A stretch of 64,000 nt of DNA from an uncultured Bacillota bacterium (GTDB lineage: Bacteria; Bacillota_I; Bacilli_A; RFN20; CAG-826): NCBI GenBank assembly GCA_949287245.1, contig CASEFL010000003.1:67404-131403 (forward strand), written 5' to 3'. A program made the position numbers and the translations under genes. Positions 47,970 through 58,280 of the stretch are shown here, piece by piece (position 1 is the stretch's first letter; the number at the start of each line of letters is the position of its first letter). The notes beneath the pieces were generated by a model. It saw only the letters and a program-made list of their open reading frames with translations. It did no database searches and was not told the origin of the DNA.

Positions 47970-49656
47970 CTTTCGTGCCTCCTTTCGCTAAAGAGTTACG
48001 AATTCTTGTCGTAACAATAGCAGGCATCTTGGCAAGAGGCGCCCGCTCATCAAGAAGCCAAGTTGCCGCATAATGAGTATCGCTTAAGGCAAACATTGGC
48101 GGTTCTTCTTTAAAGTCAATGCCCAAAGCGTAACGACTTCTTAAGGCAAATGCATCGCCTTTAGGTGGGAACAGCATATTAGGAGGTGTACCGGGGATTG
48201 CTTCAAGTCTTTCTTTCGAATCTACATCAGGAATCGAAGAAAGTAACGCCCATGTGTAAGGATGCGCAGGACGATAGAAAACATCTTCCGCGGTTCCGTA
48301 TTCCACAATCCTTCCCGCATACATAACCGCCACACGATCAGCCATATTCGCCACAACACCAAGGTCATGAGTAATAAAGATAACAGACATATGGCGCGCT
48401 TCTTTTAAACGATTAATTAGCTCAAGAATTTGTGCTTGGATGGTAACATCAAGTGCGGTTGTGGGTTCATCACAAATTAAAACTTCAGGGTCAGCAGTTA
48501 AAGCAATGGCAATAACAATTCTTTGTCTCATGCCACCAGAGAATTCAAAAGGATATTGGTTAAATCTTCGTTCAGGATCGGCAATGCCAACCTCTGCCAT
48601 AACTTTTAAAGCTCGTCTTTTTGCGTCTTTATGTGTTACGCGAAGTTCTGATACATAACGTCTTCTTTCCGAAACAAAATCCCCATAAAGCGAACCAAAA
48701 GTGTCTTTCGAAGAATATTTTTTCTGCAATTCCCTTTTCTTTTCGTTAAATTCTTCTTTTAAAGCAGATGTTTCTCCATTTTTTCCAAAAATCTCTGCAT
48801 ATTCAACTTCTAATTCATGAATTTTCTTTTTTAAAGTAGGATTATAGAAAAGACTCCATAAGGAGGAAATTTCTTCCTCTCCCTCTTTTGGAAGAGAAAA
48901 GAGGAATTTCTTTAAACGTGCAAAGATACCTTTTTCAATCTTGCGATGTTTTGCTAAAACTTCATGTTTAAATTTTTTCGCTGCAGCATTTGCTTCTTTC
49001 GTTTTTTCTCTCAAAACAATGCGATCTTCACTAATTTTCTTCTTAAATTCTTCTTTTTTGGCAAGATAAGCTTCTTTTAAAGCAGTTTTTTCTTCTGCGG
49101 AGATGCCCTTCTTTTTCTTTTTTGCCATATATTCTTCTTTTGCAAGAAGCAACAAACGTTGGTCGTTTTTCAATTGAATTAAAGCGTCATCCATGATCGA
49201 AGACTTTAATCTTTTAACCTTATTTCCGTTAATAATCATGACTTCGGTAATTTGCTTACCAATCTTCATGATTGGGTTTAAAGAAGAAAGTGGATCTTGG
49301 AATACCATTCCAATTTTTGTTCCCCGAATACGATGGAACTCTTCCTCAGAAATTTTGGTCAAATCTTCCCCTTGATAAATGATATGCCCAGAATCAATAT
49401 GCGCGGATGCTCCTAAAATTCCCATGATTGTTTTGGAAGTAACCGATTTTCCCGAGCCAGACTCCCCAACAATACAAAGGGTTTCTCCTTTATATAAATC
49501 AAAGGAAACGCCACGAACCGCTCGTACCATCCCTTCATCTGTTTTAAAACTAACAGCAAGATTACGGACAAATAAAATCGTCTCTTTTCCTTTTGGAGTT
49601 TCTCCTACCGTGAAAGGATAATCAATCGTCTTCAAAGCTTTTGTATTTTTACTCAT
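47962..49656 (-). CDS. oppD: oligopeptide ABC transporter ATP-binding protein OppD with ~230-aa insertion
   Basis: Walker [12 protein letters not shown], signature [15 protein letters not shown], Walker [12 protein letters not shown]; large K/E-rich insert. Confidence 0.85.
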   Translation of the reverse strand: MSKNTKALKTIDYPFTVGETPKGKETILFVRNLAVSFKTDEGMVRAVRGVSFDLYKGETLCIVGESGSGKSVTSKTIMGILGASAHIDSGHIIYQGEDLTKISEEEFHRIRGTKIGMVFQDPLSSLNPIMKIGKQITEVMIINGNKVKRLKSSIMDDALIQLKNDQRLLLLAKEEYMAKKKKKGISAEEKTALKEAYLAKKEEFKKKISEDRIVLREKTKEANAAAKKFKHEVLAKHRKIEKGIFARLKKFLFSLPKEGEEEISSLWSLFYNPTLKKKIHELEVEYAEIFGKNGETSALKEEFNEKKRELQKKYSSKDTFGSLYGDFVSERRRYVSELRVTHKDAKRRALKVMAEVGIADPERRFNQYPFEFSGGMRQRIVIAIALTADPEVLICDEPTTALDVTIQAQILELINRLKEARHMSVIFITHDLGVVANMADRVAVMYAGRIVEYGTAEDVFYRPAHPYTWALLSSIPDVDSKERLEAIPGTPPNMLFPPKGDAFALRSRYALGIDFKEEPPMFALSDTHYAATWLLDERAPLAKMPAIVTTRIRNSLAKGGTKDE

Positions 49657-51653
49657 TAGTCTTGTGCTCCTTTCATGGAAGGATTGAAGGCATCACGCAA
49701 ACCATTCCCAAATAAGTTAAAACAAATCATGATAATCGCCATGATTAAAGAAGCAGAAACAATCATATAAGGGTAAGTGGTAATATACCCTTGAGCCGTA
49801 CTAAGAGTTACCCCAAAACTTTGAGCACCTGGGAAGTTAATAATTCCTGGTAATAAGTAAGAAATTGTCGCTTCACTAAAGATAACCGAAGGTATCATTA
49901 AGACGCCAGAAGTTACCATCATACCAACACCATTAGGAAGAATATGACGGAAAATTAAACGAGCATCACTTGCGCCTAATGTTCTAGAGGCTAAAACGTA
50001 TTCTCGACCTTTAAAACGATAGAATTGGCTTCTTGTTGTAGCAGCCATACCAATCCAGCCAGTTAAACATAGGGCGAATAAAAACGTCCAGAAAGTCGAA
50101 CCAAGAAGCAAGACAATAAGGGTCATTAAAACAACAAATGGCATGCCTCCTAAGATTTCGGTCATTCTTTCCATTAACAAGTCAACCCATCCTCCAAAGT
50201 AGCCAGAAATCGATCCCCAAACAATACCAATCGTAATATTGATAATCGCCGCTAAGAAACCTAAAGCTAAAGAGAATAAAAGGCCAGAGAAGACAACTTT
50301 AAAGAAGTCTTTTCCGTATTCTGTAGTGCCAAAAAGGTAACAAATACCATCACTATTTTGGCTAATATATCCTTCATCGTAATAAAAACGATAACGGCTT
50401 CTTACTCCGGATAAAGACCATCCAGAAATATCGCCAAAGGACTCATAAACTTCCCCGTTAACAGCACGTATTGGGCAATATTCTTCCCCTAATTCTGTTA
50501 AGGCAAAAGTACCTTTTCCTCCTGGTTCTCGTGCCCATTCATAGGTCATAAAACCACGACGAATGTACTCATTAATTTTTTCTTCCGTGAAGGTATAAGT
50601 ATCCTCGCGGAAAGCAGCTGCATAATAATCATAACGGAAGCTGCCAATAATAAGAGTCGTATCCTCTAAATCTTGTTGACAGCCACCACGTCTCGTCCAC
50701 ATGGTGCCTTCTCTACCATTTAAATAAGCCGTACTATCACTCCAAGAAACCGCAACATTTTTCACATCACCTTGCGTGAAAGTAACATTTTTAACATAGG
50801 CAGTAGCGTTTCCTCCTTCTGGAGCTTGAACGCGGAAAAGGAAGTTCCCAACGATAAATCCTTGTTCACTAGAAAATCCTGCTTCTTCTAATAAAGCATT
50901 AAGCGCAATAGAATTTTCTTCTTTAACTTCATTGTTTAAAGAAGATAAAGCCACTTCTTCACCTGTAGAAGCCACAAAATAAGAACCAAAACTTGGGCTT
51001 CCGCCTTTGCTTGGGTCCATCATATATTCTTCTTGTAAGGTGTAAGCAAAAGTATTCTCAAGATTTAAATCAATTTGCACCATTGGCGAAACATATTCAG
51101 CCGTGCCACCAACTTGGGTAGTACGAATGGCAACATATCCTCCTCTTCCATAAGTAAGATTTGAATCCGATGCACCATCCGAAAGAGTTTCTGTCGTCGT
51201 AATTTCTCCCATTACCCCTTCTTTTACATAAGCATTCACACTATTCGTGTTATCAACGGGTAAAGCAGGATACCCCGTATCAGGATCAATTAAAACATTT
51301 GAAAGATGTTCTGTTCCATCAAGGAAACCACCCATATCAGCGTCCCACCATTTCGGGGGTAAGAAACGAATCGTTGTATTGTTTCGTTCAATGTCATTAC
51401 TATCTGCCACCGGAACAATAACAGCCATTAAAATTAAAATGCCTAAAATTACTGCAGCAGTAACCGAACTCTTAGATTTTACAAAGCGTTTTAAGGCATC
51501 TTTAAAATAAGTTGTCGGCTTTGTTTTAAATTTCACATCGTGAATCGATTTATCTAACTGAACGAAAGAAAAATCTTGGCTATCATCAAAAGAAATCATT
51601 TCCTCTGGAGCGGGTAGTTCGTTTTCAACTTTTTTCTTCTTAAAAAGTCCCAT
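49656..51653 (-). CDS. oppC: oligopeptide permease OppC with ~430-aa extracytoplasmic N-terminal domain
   Basis: C-terminal BPD-transporter permease domain preceded by one TM helix and a large hydrophilic domain. Start trimmed to the ATG with GGGGGAGG 9 nt upstream, immediately after the oppB stop. Confidence 0.8.
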   Translation of the reverse strand: MGLFKKKKVENELPAPEEMISFDDSQDFSFVQLDKSIHDVKFKTKPTTYFKDALKRFVKSKSSVTAAVILGILILMAVIVPVADSNDIERNNTTIRFLPPKWWDADMGGFLDGTEHLSNVLIDPDTGYPALPVDNTNSVNAYVKEGVMGEITTTETLSDGASDSNLTYGRGGYVAIRTTQVGGTAEYVSPMVQIDLNLENTFAYTLQEEYMMDPSKGGSPSFGSYFVASTGEEVALSSLNNEVKEENSIALNALLEEAGFSSEQGFIVGNFLFRVQAPEGGNATAYVKNVTFTQGDVKNVAVSWSDSTAYLNGREGTMWTRRGGCQQDLEDTTLIIGSFRYDYYAAAFREDTYTFTEEKINEYIRRGFMTYEWAREPGGKGTFALTELGEEYCPIRAVNGEVYESFGDISGWSLSGVRSRYRFYYDEGYISQNSDGICYLFGTTEYGKDFFKVVFSGLLFSLALGFLAAIINITIGIVWGSISGYFGGWVDLLMERMTEILGGMPFVVLMTLIVLLLGSTFWTFLFALCLTGWIGMAATTRSQFYRFKGREYVLASRTLGASDARLIFRHILPNGVGMMVTSGVLMIPSVIFSEATISYLLPGIINFPGAQSFGVTLSTAQGYITTYPYMIVSASLIMAIIMICFNLFGNGLRDAFNPSMKGAQD

Positions 51654-51654
51654 A

Positions 51655-52713
51655 TTACTTTGCCTCCCCCATACGAATTCGTGGATCAACCACGCCATAA
51701 CTTAAGTCCACAACTAATGTGGCTGCTAAACCAATCAACGTATAAAGCGCCATATCTACCATAACAACAGAGAAATCTCGACGAGAAATACCTTCAACAA
51801 AGATGTTTCCTGTACCAGGAATACCATATAACTCTTCAAGAATCATAGAACCGCTAAGAATGGAAATAAACTGACTAATAATCATTGGAACAATCGGAAC
51901 CATAGAGTTTCTTAAAGCATGACGCATAACCGATTGGCTTTTGGTTAAGCCCTTAGTTCTAGCAAGAAGTAAGAATTCACTAGACATAACTTCGCAAAGT
52001 TCTGCTCTTGTATAACGAGCAAAGCCAGCAATCGAGCCAAAAGATAAAGCACAAACAGGAATAATATAAGCCAAAGTAGCCATTTGTGGGTCTAAGGCGA
52101 TTTGCGTATTCGATGGCCACTGGGTAGGTAACCAGTTTAAACCATAAGAGAACCAAATCAGTAAAAAGGAAATAATAACAAAGGAAGGAACGGAAATAAA
52201 AATCATGATGACTGTGGAAATAAAGTCATCAACCCACTTCCCTTTCTTTAGGGCGGCTACAACACCAAGTAAAATTCCAAGAGGAGTAGAAATAACAACA
52301 GAAATTAAATTCAATTCAATGGTTACAGGGAGCCGTTCCATAATCATGCTCATGGCATTGGCCATTGGCTCAATTTGAGTGCTCACACCCCAGTCCCAAG
52401 CCGTGAAAATGTTTTTTAACCATGAACCATAACGTTCAATAATGGGGTAAGCTACATAAACATAGCGGTTCCCTAAATCGTCATAAAAATCAACAGAAGC
52501 AATAATCTCTCCCGTCTCGAGTTTACTATATTCAGAAGGATCTACCCACCAATAATAACCAAGACGTACTTGTTCATCCCAGAAAGAAATTTTTTGAGCA
52601 AGAATCGTTGGTTCATTCACAGGCAAACACTGTAAAAGCATATAGGTAATCGAGAGAATGATGAAAGCAGTAATACAAATTAACACCACTCTCTTTAGAA
52701 CATATTTCCACAT
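51655..52713 (-). CDS. oppB: oligopeptide permease OppB
   Basis: MWKYVLKRV start typical of OppB/DppB, six TM helices, RBS AAAAGGAGGAG. Confidence 0.85.
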   Translation of the reverse strand: MWKYVLKRVVLICITAFIILSITYMLLQCLPVNEPTILAQKISFWDEQVRLGYYWWVDPSEYSKLETGEIIASVDFYDDLGNRYVYVAYPIIERYGSWLKNIFTAWDWGVSTQIEPMANAMSMIMERLPVTIELNLISVVISTPLGILLGVVAALKKGKWVDDFISTVIMIFISVPSFVIISFLLIWFSYGLNWLPTQWPSNTQIALDPQMATLAYIIPVCALSFGSIAGFARYTRAELCEVMSSEFLLLARTKGLTKSQSVMRHALRNSMVPIVPMIISQFISILSGSMILEELYGIPGTGNIFVEGISRRDFSVVMVDMALYTLIGLAATLVVDLSYGVVDPRIRMGEAK

Positions 52714-52740
52714 GTTATGTTTTTCTCCTCCTTTTCAGCC

Positions 52741-52799
52741 TGACTCTTATTTTCGCATGGTCTTAAAAAGATAAAAAGACCACAAGAAATTAAGAGTCA
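52741..52799 (-). promoter_or_regulatory. two-tier stem-loop RNA element immediately upstream of oppB SD
   Basis: Outer 9-bp inverted repeat UGACUCUUA...UAAGAGUCA encloses an inner 7-bp hairpin UGGUCUU...AAGACCA. It ends about 8 nt before the AGGAGG of oppB. Confidence 0.4.
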
Positions 52800-52810
52800 A
52801 AAGGGAATAA

Positions 52811-52830
52811 GGGGCGGGAAACCCCGCCCC
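52811..52830 (-). terminator. GC-rich hairpin (attenuator/partial terminator) between oppA and oppB
   Basis: GGGGCGGG-aaac-CCCGCCCC is a perfect 8-bp G/C stem in an AT-rich genome. On the transcript it is followed by UUAUUCCCUUUU. Confidence 0.5.
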
Positions 52831-52854
52831 TATAAACTTACAATAAACAAGAAA

Positions 52855-55548
52855 TTAAGCGACGACAGGATCCATTCCAAAATCGGCTAACTTCATATTT
52901 TGTGTGACAACAAGTGCACGTTCTACTTCAGCATATTCACAGCTAAACGACACCATAATGCCAAAGCCATCAAAACGGGATTGAGCATCATCGAGTAAAG
53001 CTGTTAATAGTTGAGTAACTATCGCACTTTGCATTCGGAATTCAATCGTTTCATTTAAAACGGTTGCTTCAATATATGACCCCGGAGTATCGCCGTTTAA
53101 ACTGGCTTCAAGAATGTACATATTCGTACTCATGCCACTTCCATTTGTACCATAGAAATAGAAGTAATTAATACGGCGATAATCAATAAGGTCATAGCCT
53201 TCATCATCGGTAAGTCCTGGGATATTCATATGGAAGATAAGGTCCCCATCATCTTGCCCATCCGCGCCACCTGCTGTAACTGGATCAATATTGACCCCGT
53301 TTTGAAGGATAGCAGCACCATTAGCGGCAACATATAATCCGTCATAGCTCCAAAGCTTTCCATCAAATTCGATTGGGTGATTTTCAGAAACGATATCCGT
53401 TCTTTCGCCCCAGTTGGTGTTAAAGCCTTGTGCACGAGCATTTGTGCAGATAACAGACATGAATTCAACAGGATTAAGCACGTTACCAGAGATTGCACCT
53501 TCTGCAAAGTCGAATTCACCTTTTTGCATCTTTGTGTAGGTTGCGTTATAGTCCCCAACCGCACCAACTTCATTTTTAATGCTCAAAGAAATGTTATATT
53601 CTTTCGCAGTTGGAGTGTTATTAAAGACGTTTTCAATATAGCCTTTTAACTCATCACCAATGGAGTTAATCGTGGTTTGATAACGCCAAATGGCCGTTAA
53701 TTGAATAAAGCTATCGCGCTCATAAGCACCTTCATTAATTAAGGTTTTTAAGGCACGGTCGAAATATTGACTGGCTAAAGAAGCACTATAACCATCTTTA
53801 TTTTCTGTACCACTGACATAGCTATCAATAACCGCTTTTCCAGCCTCAGTATCTCGGTAAGAAAGGTCGTTTTCTGGGTCGATCATATAAGCATCAGAGA
53901 GAATACCTGTAGCAGGATTTCTTCCCATGATGTTAGCCATTTCCGAACGGTTAATAGCAAGATAGACACCATTTAAGAAGTCTTCGTTGCTCATAATGGG
54001 CTTAACGGGCCAATATTCCGTTGAAATATGTTGAGACATTGTGCCGTTAGTCCCGTGATAGTATTCCCATTCTTCTGCTGTACAAGAGTTGACATTAAGC
54101 TTAATGGTTGTTGTTGCTTCCGTGCGGCAAGCATATTGAGAATAAATACCACCGCCTTGTACCTCACTAATGTGAGTGGAAGGAGGAGTCATGTCATCAA
54201 GTTTCCCTGCTACCCAGTCTTGATAGGCAGATTCATCATTTTCATAAACTTTTTCGTGATAGCCTTTGAACTTAATATCTTCCGTCCGGTAATAAAGTTC
54301 ATTTTTCTTATAAATGGTTTCTGTGCCTGGTTGCCAAGTATCAACAACATAGGCTCCAGCGGATAACAAGTAATCCACACCACCAGCCGAAGTACCAAAA
54401 GCGGTCGCACCTTTACTTACATAACTTTGAATGGTGTTATAAGTGGCTAAATCGGTTTCGTTAGTGGGACGGTCAGCAAAATAACGATAACCACCAGCAG
54501 GGCCGCCACCAATGTCATAAAGATATTCTTCAGGAATTGGCGAGTATAAAGTACTGGAAAGATTATACATCGCATAGAACTGAGTTTGTGGAGTGATGAA
54601 GCGGAAGTCGATTGCGCCTTCTTCTTCATTTAATTGAATACCCACATTATCCCAACTACGAGTATTCGCATTCCCGTATAAATAGTCATAAGCCCCATAA
54701 AAGCCAGAACTATCTTGAGTCATCTCACTTGCCCGCATGAGGTTATTGTTTAGTAAGGCTTTATAAGGAGTGATATAGTCTTCTAATTGAATTCCTCGAT
54801 TGTGGTATTTGCTGTAATACTTCGTGGAATTTTCCGAAATGTTATAACGGAACTTTCTTCCTGTTTCCGTCTCATCATCAACGGTATGAAGATGCACCCG
54901 CCAATAAAGGCTTGTCATGCCTTCGGTGTACGTAAGTTCTTTTCCGTTTTCATCAAGAGGAATAGGACGAAGATCTTTAGAAAGTTCATTTCTCCAATAA
55001 TAATCATCCTTATTTTCGGTCATGGTTACACCAAAATAACCAGCAGTAATCATGCCGTTTTTTCCAGTAACGTCTTCCCCTTGGTTGTTCCAGAAGTTAA
55101 ACGTACGGGAGTCTTGGGTCGCATAAGAATGATAATATTCAGGATAGACAACACCATTTTGACTCATCGGCTTGCCGTTTGGCATTAATGCCGTTTCGTT
55201 TAATGTAGCCTCTCCCACTCCAAAACCGTAGTTAGGGATGTATTGTCTTGTTGGTAATTCCACACGCGAACTAAATAATTGATAACCTGCATCATCATAA
55301 ATGGGAATTCCACCAAGTTTCGTGTCTAAAGCGTATTTTTCCATCGCCGCTAAAGCTTCACTACGAGTCTCAACATCGGCGCTAAGATAATCTTGAACAC
55401 CAGAAGCATAGGGCAAATCTGGTTTAACAGAAGAACTTCCGCCTGTAGAACCACCACTAGTTGAGCCACCAGGTGCTCCTGTATCATCACAAGAAGCAAG
55501 GCCTAGCGTCGCTGCTAATAAAGCAACAAGGAATATGCTTTTTTTCAT
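52855..55548 (-). CDS. oppA: oligopeptide-binding lipoprotein OppA, large Mollicutes/Erysipelotrichia-type (897 aa)
   Basis: Lipobox GLAS|C at the ATG (MKKSIFLVALLAATLGLASC) with AGGAG 5 nt upstream. First gene of the oppABCDF order; its size and position fit giant OppA substrate-binding proteins. The 22-codon N-terminal extension in the ORF track is 5'UTR read from a TTG. Confidence 0.7.
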   Translation of the reverse strand: MKKSIFLVALLAATLGLASCDDTGAPGGSTSGGSTGGSSSVKPDLPYASGVQDYLSADVETRSEALAAMEKYALDTKLGGIPIYDDAGYQLFSSRVELPTRQYIPNYGFGVGEATLNETALMPNGKPMSQNGVVYPEYYHSYATQDSRTFNFWNNQGEDVTGKNGMITAGYFGVTMTENKDDYYWRNELSKDLRPIPLDENGKELTYTEGMTSLYWRVHLHTVDDETETGRKFRYNISENSTKYYSKYHNRGIQLEDYITPYKALLNNNLMRASEMTQDSSGFYGAYDYLYGNANTRSWDNVGIQLNEEEGAIDFRFITPQTQFYAMYNLSSTLYSPIPEEYLYDIGGGPAGGYRYFADRPTNETDLATYNTIQSYVSKGATAFGTSAGGVDYLLSAGAYVVDTWQPGTETIYKKNELYYRTEDIKFKGYHEKVYENDESAYQDWVAGKLDDMTPPSTHISEVQGGGIYSQYACRTEATTTIKLNVNSCTAEEWEYYHGTNGTMSQHISTEYWPVKPIMSNEDFLNGVYLAINRSEMANIMGRNPATGILSDAYMIDPENDLSYRDTEAGKAVIDSYVSGTENKDGYSASLASQYFDRALKTLINEGAYERDSFIQLTAIWRYQTTINSIGDELKGYIENVFNNTPTAKEYNISLSIKNEVGAVGDYNATYTKMQKGEFDFAEGAISGNVLNPVEFMSVICTNARAQGFNTNWGERTDIVSENHPIEFDGKLWSYDGLYVAANGAAILQNGVNIDPVTAGGADGQDDGDLIFHMNIPGLTDDEGYDLIDYRRINYFYFYGTNGSGMSTNMYILEASLNGDTPGSYIEATVLNETIEFRMQSAIVTQLLTALLDDAQSRFDGFGIMVSFSCEYAEVERALVVTQNMKLADFGMDPVVA

Positions 55549-55699
55549 GGCTTTTCTCCTTTCATTATTAAAGTCGGGATAAACCCGCGCCGTAAATATG
55601 CCTTTATGCGGCAATATGTCAATAAATAGTTTTATAAGAAAAGCATTCTTGGGCGTTTTTTCTTCATTTTTCTTCTTTTTTTAAAAGGAAAAAGAAAAT

Positions 55700-56143
55700 T
55701 TATTCCACAAGAGCCAAAATCAAACCAATTAAAAGCGAAACTCCTCCTAAAACAAAATAAGGAAGGAAATAAGGTTTATTTAATTTTCTTTTTTCTTGTT
55801 TCTCTTTCTTGTAGTCATAAGCGGTTTCATACCTTTTGATGTTCCCTGGACGAAAACTTTCTCCTAAACGATAAAAACCATAAGCAAAAACATCAAAAAT
55901 TCCTTCTCTTCCAATTAATAAGAGGATAGGAAATAAAATTAAAATGGCAGAAGGAATAAAAAAAGAATCCGAAAGTAAAGAAAGAGAACTATACCATGTA
56001 TGCCCCTTAGGAATCCCCATCCCTAAATAACAGATGAAAAACAAGATTACCCATAAAGAGAAGGCAATAATCCAATTACGAATGATTTGTTTTTTTCTTT
56101 CTTCCATGGCGCGGATTATCGCATTATTTCCCCCTTGTTCCAC
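55700..56143 (-). CDS. small membrane protein (DUF3899-like)
   Basis: Two or three TM helices and a K/E-rich loop; function unknown. Confidence 0.45.
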   Translation of the reverse strand: MEQGGNNAIIRAMEERKKQIIRNWIIAFSLWVILFFICYLGMGIPKGHTWYSSLSLLSDSFFIPSAILILFPILLLIGREGIFDVFAYGFYRLGESFRPGNIKRYETAYDYKKEKQEKRKLNKPYFLPYFVLGGVSLLIGLILALVE

Positions 56144-56226
56144 TATTTTTTACACATTTCCCTTGAAGTTAAGCGTCTTCGTTGTATCCTCACCCCGTCT
56201 CTTGACAGAAAGGAGTCTTTTTTGAA

Positions 56227-58272
56227 ATGAAGAAATCTCATCTCTTATTACTCTCGGGAGTAGCGATTCTTGCTTTAGTGGCTTGTGAAAATCCAACCAC
56301 TTCTAGTTCAGGCGAATCAAATAGTAATACATCAACTTCGCATCCTTCCCGATACTTAGAAACCTCCTTAGAAAAGGAAACCATCCCCGCCGGTACTTCA
56401 TTTTTCGATGCAGCAAAACCTACGGTTTTATGGCACGATGGAGATACCGTTACCGACTATAGTTCTTATGCACACTACGTGACGTATGTGTTAACAAACT
56501 TAGATACAAATGAAACTTTTGGTGCTGGCGATGCTCTTTCTGCAGGAAATTATGAAGCAGAAATCATCTTAGAAAGCCAAGGAAGACGGAATGTTTTAAC
56601 CTTCACTGTTTCGGAAAGCACACCTGAAACAGCAAGCGAAGGAAATGGTTATAAAACTTACTATCACGACGATTTTGCTGGTTTAGAAGTGAGCGCTCAC
56701 AATGCTCTTGGTACTTTAGGACCAGGAAAATTCCCTGCCTATGGCACCCCAAAAATGCTTGTTATTCCTGTCATCTTTGAAGATATGGTAGGGCATTATG
56801 ATTTCACTACGGAAGAACTTAATACAATTGAAGCAGCCTTCTTTGGTGAAGCAAGCGAAACTGGCTGGCAATCTTTAAAAAGTTATTACCTTCAAAGTTC
56901 CTATGGTCTTTTAGATATCCAAGGACATGTTGCCGATCCTTATGTTTCCACTTTAACAGTTGATGAAGCGGATGCTCAATCCATTGGCGCAAGCCACGCA
57001 ATTGTCCAAGCGGCGGCAAAAGATTACTTTGCGAAACATAAAGATGAATCACCTTTAGATTATGACTATAACGGCGATGGTTTTATTGATGGAATTAATA
57101 TCATTTATAAAACAACCGCAGCGGATACTTCGCAAAATCCTAACGCTTCTGATATTTGGTGGAACTACACCACCGTAATTGATCCAAATGGAACTACTGC
57201 CAATAAGACAAATCCTGTCGCAAATCGTTATTTCTGGAGCGAATACGACAAGATTAAATCCTCTTATTACAATCCAGATATTGACGCTCATACTATCATT
57301 CATGAAAACGGTCACTTAATGGGATTAAATGACTATTATTCCTATGAAAGAGATGCGAATGGTCAAGCACAAGACGGTGTTGCTGGCTGTGCCGATATGA
57401 TGGATATGAACGTTGGGGATCATAATGGCTACTCCAAGATGCTTTATAACTGGCTTGCTAAGGATGATGAATCCAATGGCGTCCATTTAAAAGTTGTTGA
57501 TGGAAGTAGCGATAACTTCACAATCACCTTAAATAGTTTCACTGATACAGGAGATTTACTTTTAGTAAGAAACACCACAACTGATGTGTGGAACGAAACT
57601 CCTTATGATGAATATTTAATTCTTCAATACTACACTCCAACAGGAGTAAACGAACAAGATTCTCATGGTTATCCAGAATGGTCTTCTAGTGGACAAATGG
57701 GCCATGGTGGTTCTTATGCTCACCCCGGACTTCAAGTATTCCATGTAGATAATCGCTTAGCTGCTCAAGTGGGAACTTATCACGTAAGTGAAGGGAAAAA
57801 TGTCATCGATGAAGTTCATTATGAATATGTCGATGAAATCCTTGATAGCGCACAATATAACGCGGATGGTACCTTCCAAGGAGTGAGTATGGCTATTCAT
57901 TCCAATACAGGAGGAAATGTCGGACAAAGTGGACGTTATGTGAATGAAAATGGCGAACTTGCTACCGATAGTCCTTATCGTGAATTATGTGCCATTCTTC
58001 CTGGTGGCGTAGCTTCCTTTAATTCTCCAACTTACTATAGTTCCTTTGGCGTTACTGCCAACCAATTTGGTTCTGATGAATACGCTGATGAAAAAGGATA
58101 CACAGATCGTGATCGTTATGGTGGAGATACGTATAGTAACTATAAGATGAGAGCCTTCTACACCAATGGCTTAACATGGAATGATGGTTCTACTTTTAAC
58201 TGGAACTTCTCCGTAACCGATCAAACCGACGATTCAATTACTTTGCACTTTGTTGATTTATCGAAAATTTGA
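56227..58272 (+). CDS. secreted zinc metalloprotease lipoprotein, M6 (InhA)-like, paralogue 2
   Basis: Lipobox ALVA|C. HENGHLMGLNDYYSY, followed by ADMMDMNVGDHNGYSKMLYNW, is the same M6-type block as in the 44150..45778 protein. Confidence 0.7.
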   Translation: MKKSHLLLLSGVAILALVACENPTTSSSGESNSNTSTSHPSRYLETSLEKETIPAGTSFFDAAKPTVLWHDGDTVTDYSSYAHYVTYVLTNLDTNETFGAGDALSAGNYEAEIILESQGRRNVLTFTVSESTPETASEGNGYKTYYHDDFAGLEVSAHNALGTLGPGKFPAYGTPKMLVIPVIFEDMVGHYDFTTEELNTIEAAFFGEASETGWQSLKSYYLQSSYGLLDIQGHVADPYVSTLTVDEADAQSIGASHAIVQAAAKDYFAKHKDESPLDYDYNGDGFIDGINIIYKTTAADTSQNPNASDIWWNYTTVIDPNGTTANKTNPVANRYFWSEYDKIKSSYYNPDIDAHTIIHENGHLMGLNDYYSYERDANGQAQDGVAGCADMMDMNVGDHNGYSKMLYNWLAKDDESNGVHLKVVDGSSDNFTITLNSFTDTGDLLLVRNTTTDVWNETPYDEYLILQYYTPTGVNEQDSHGYPEWSSSGQMGHGGSYAHPGLQVFHVDNRLAAQVGTYHVSEGKNVIDEVHYEYVDEILDSAQYNADGTFQGVSMAIHSNTGGNVGQSGRYVNENGELATDSPYRELCAILPGGVASFNSPTYYSSFGVTANQFGSDEYADEKGYTDRDRYGGDTYSNYKMRAFYTNGLTWNDGSTFNWNFSVTDQTDDSITLHFVDLSKI

Positions 58273-58280
58273 GGAGTTCT

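Noticed and set aside
55549-55614. ORF-track N-terminal extension of OppA (MPHKGIFTARVYPDFNNERRKA).
   Set aside because: It starts at a TTG. The lipoprotein signal peptide with its own AGGAG SD starts at the internal ATG (55548), so the extension is 5'UTR.
56202-56207. Perfect TTGACA hexamer upstream of the second protease gene.
   Set aside because: It is only 19 nt from the ATG and overlaps the RBS region, so it cannot serve as a -35 for this gene; probably coincidental.
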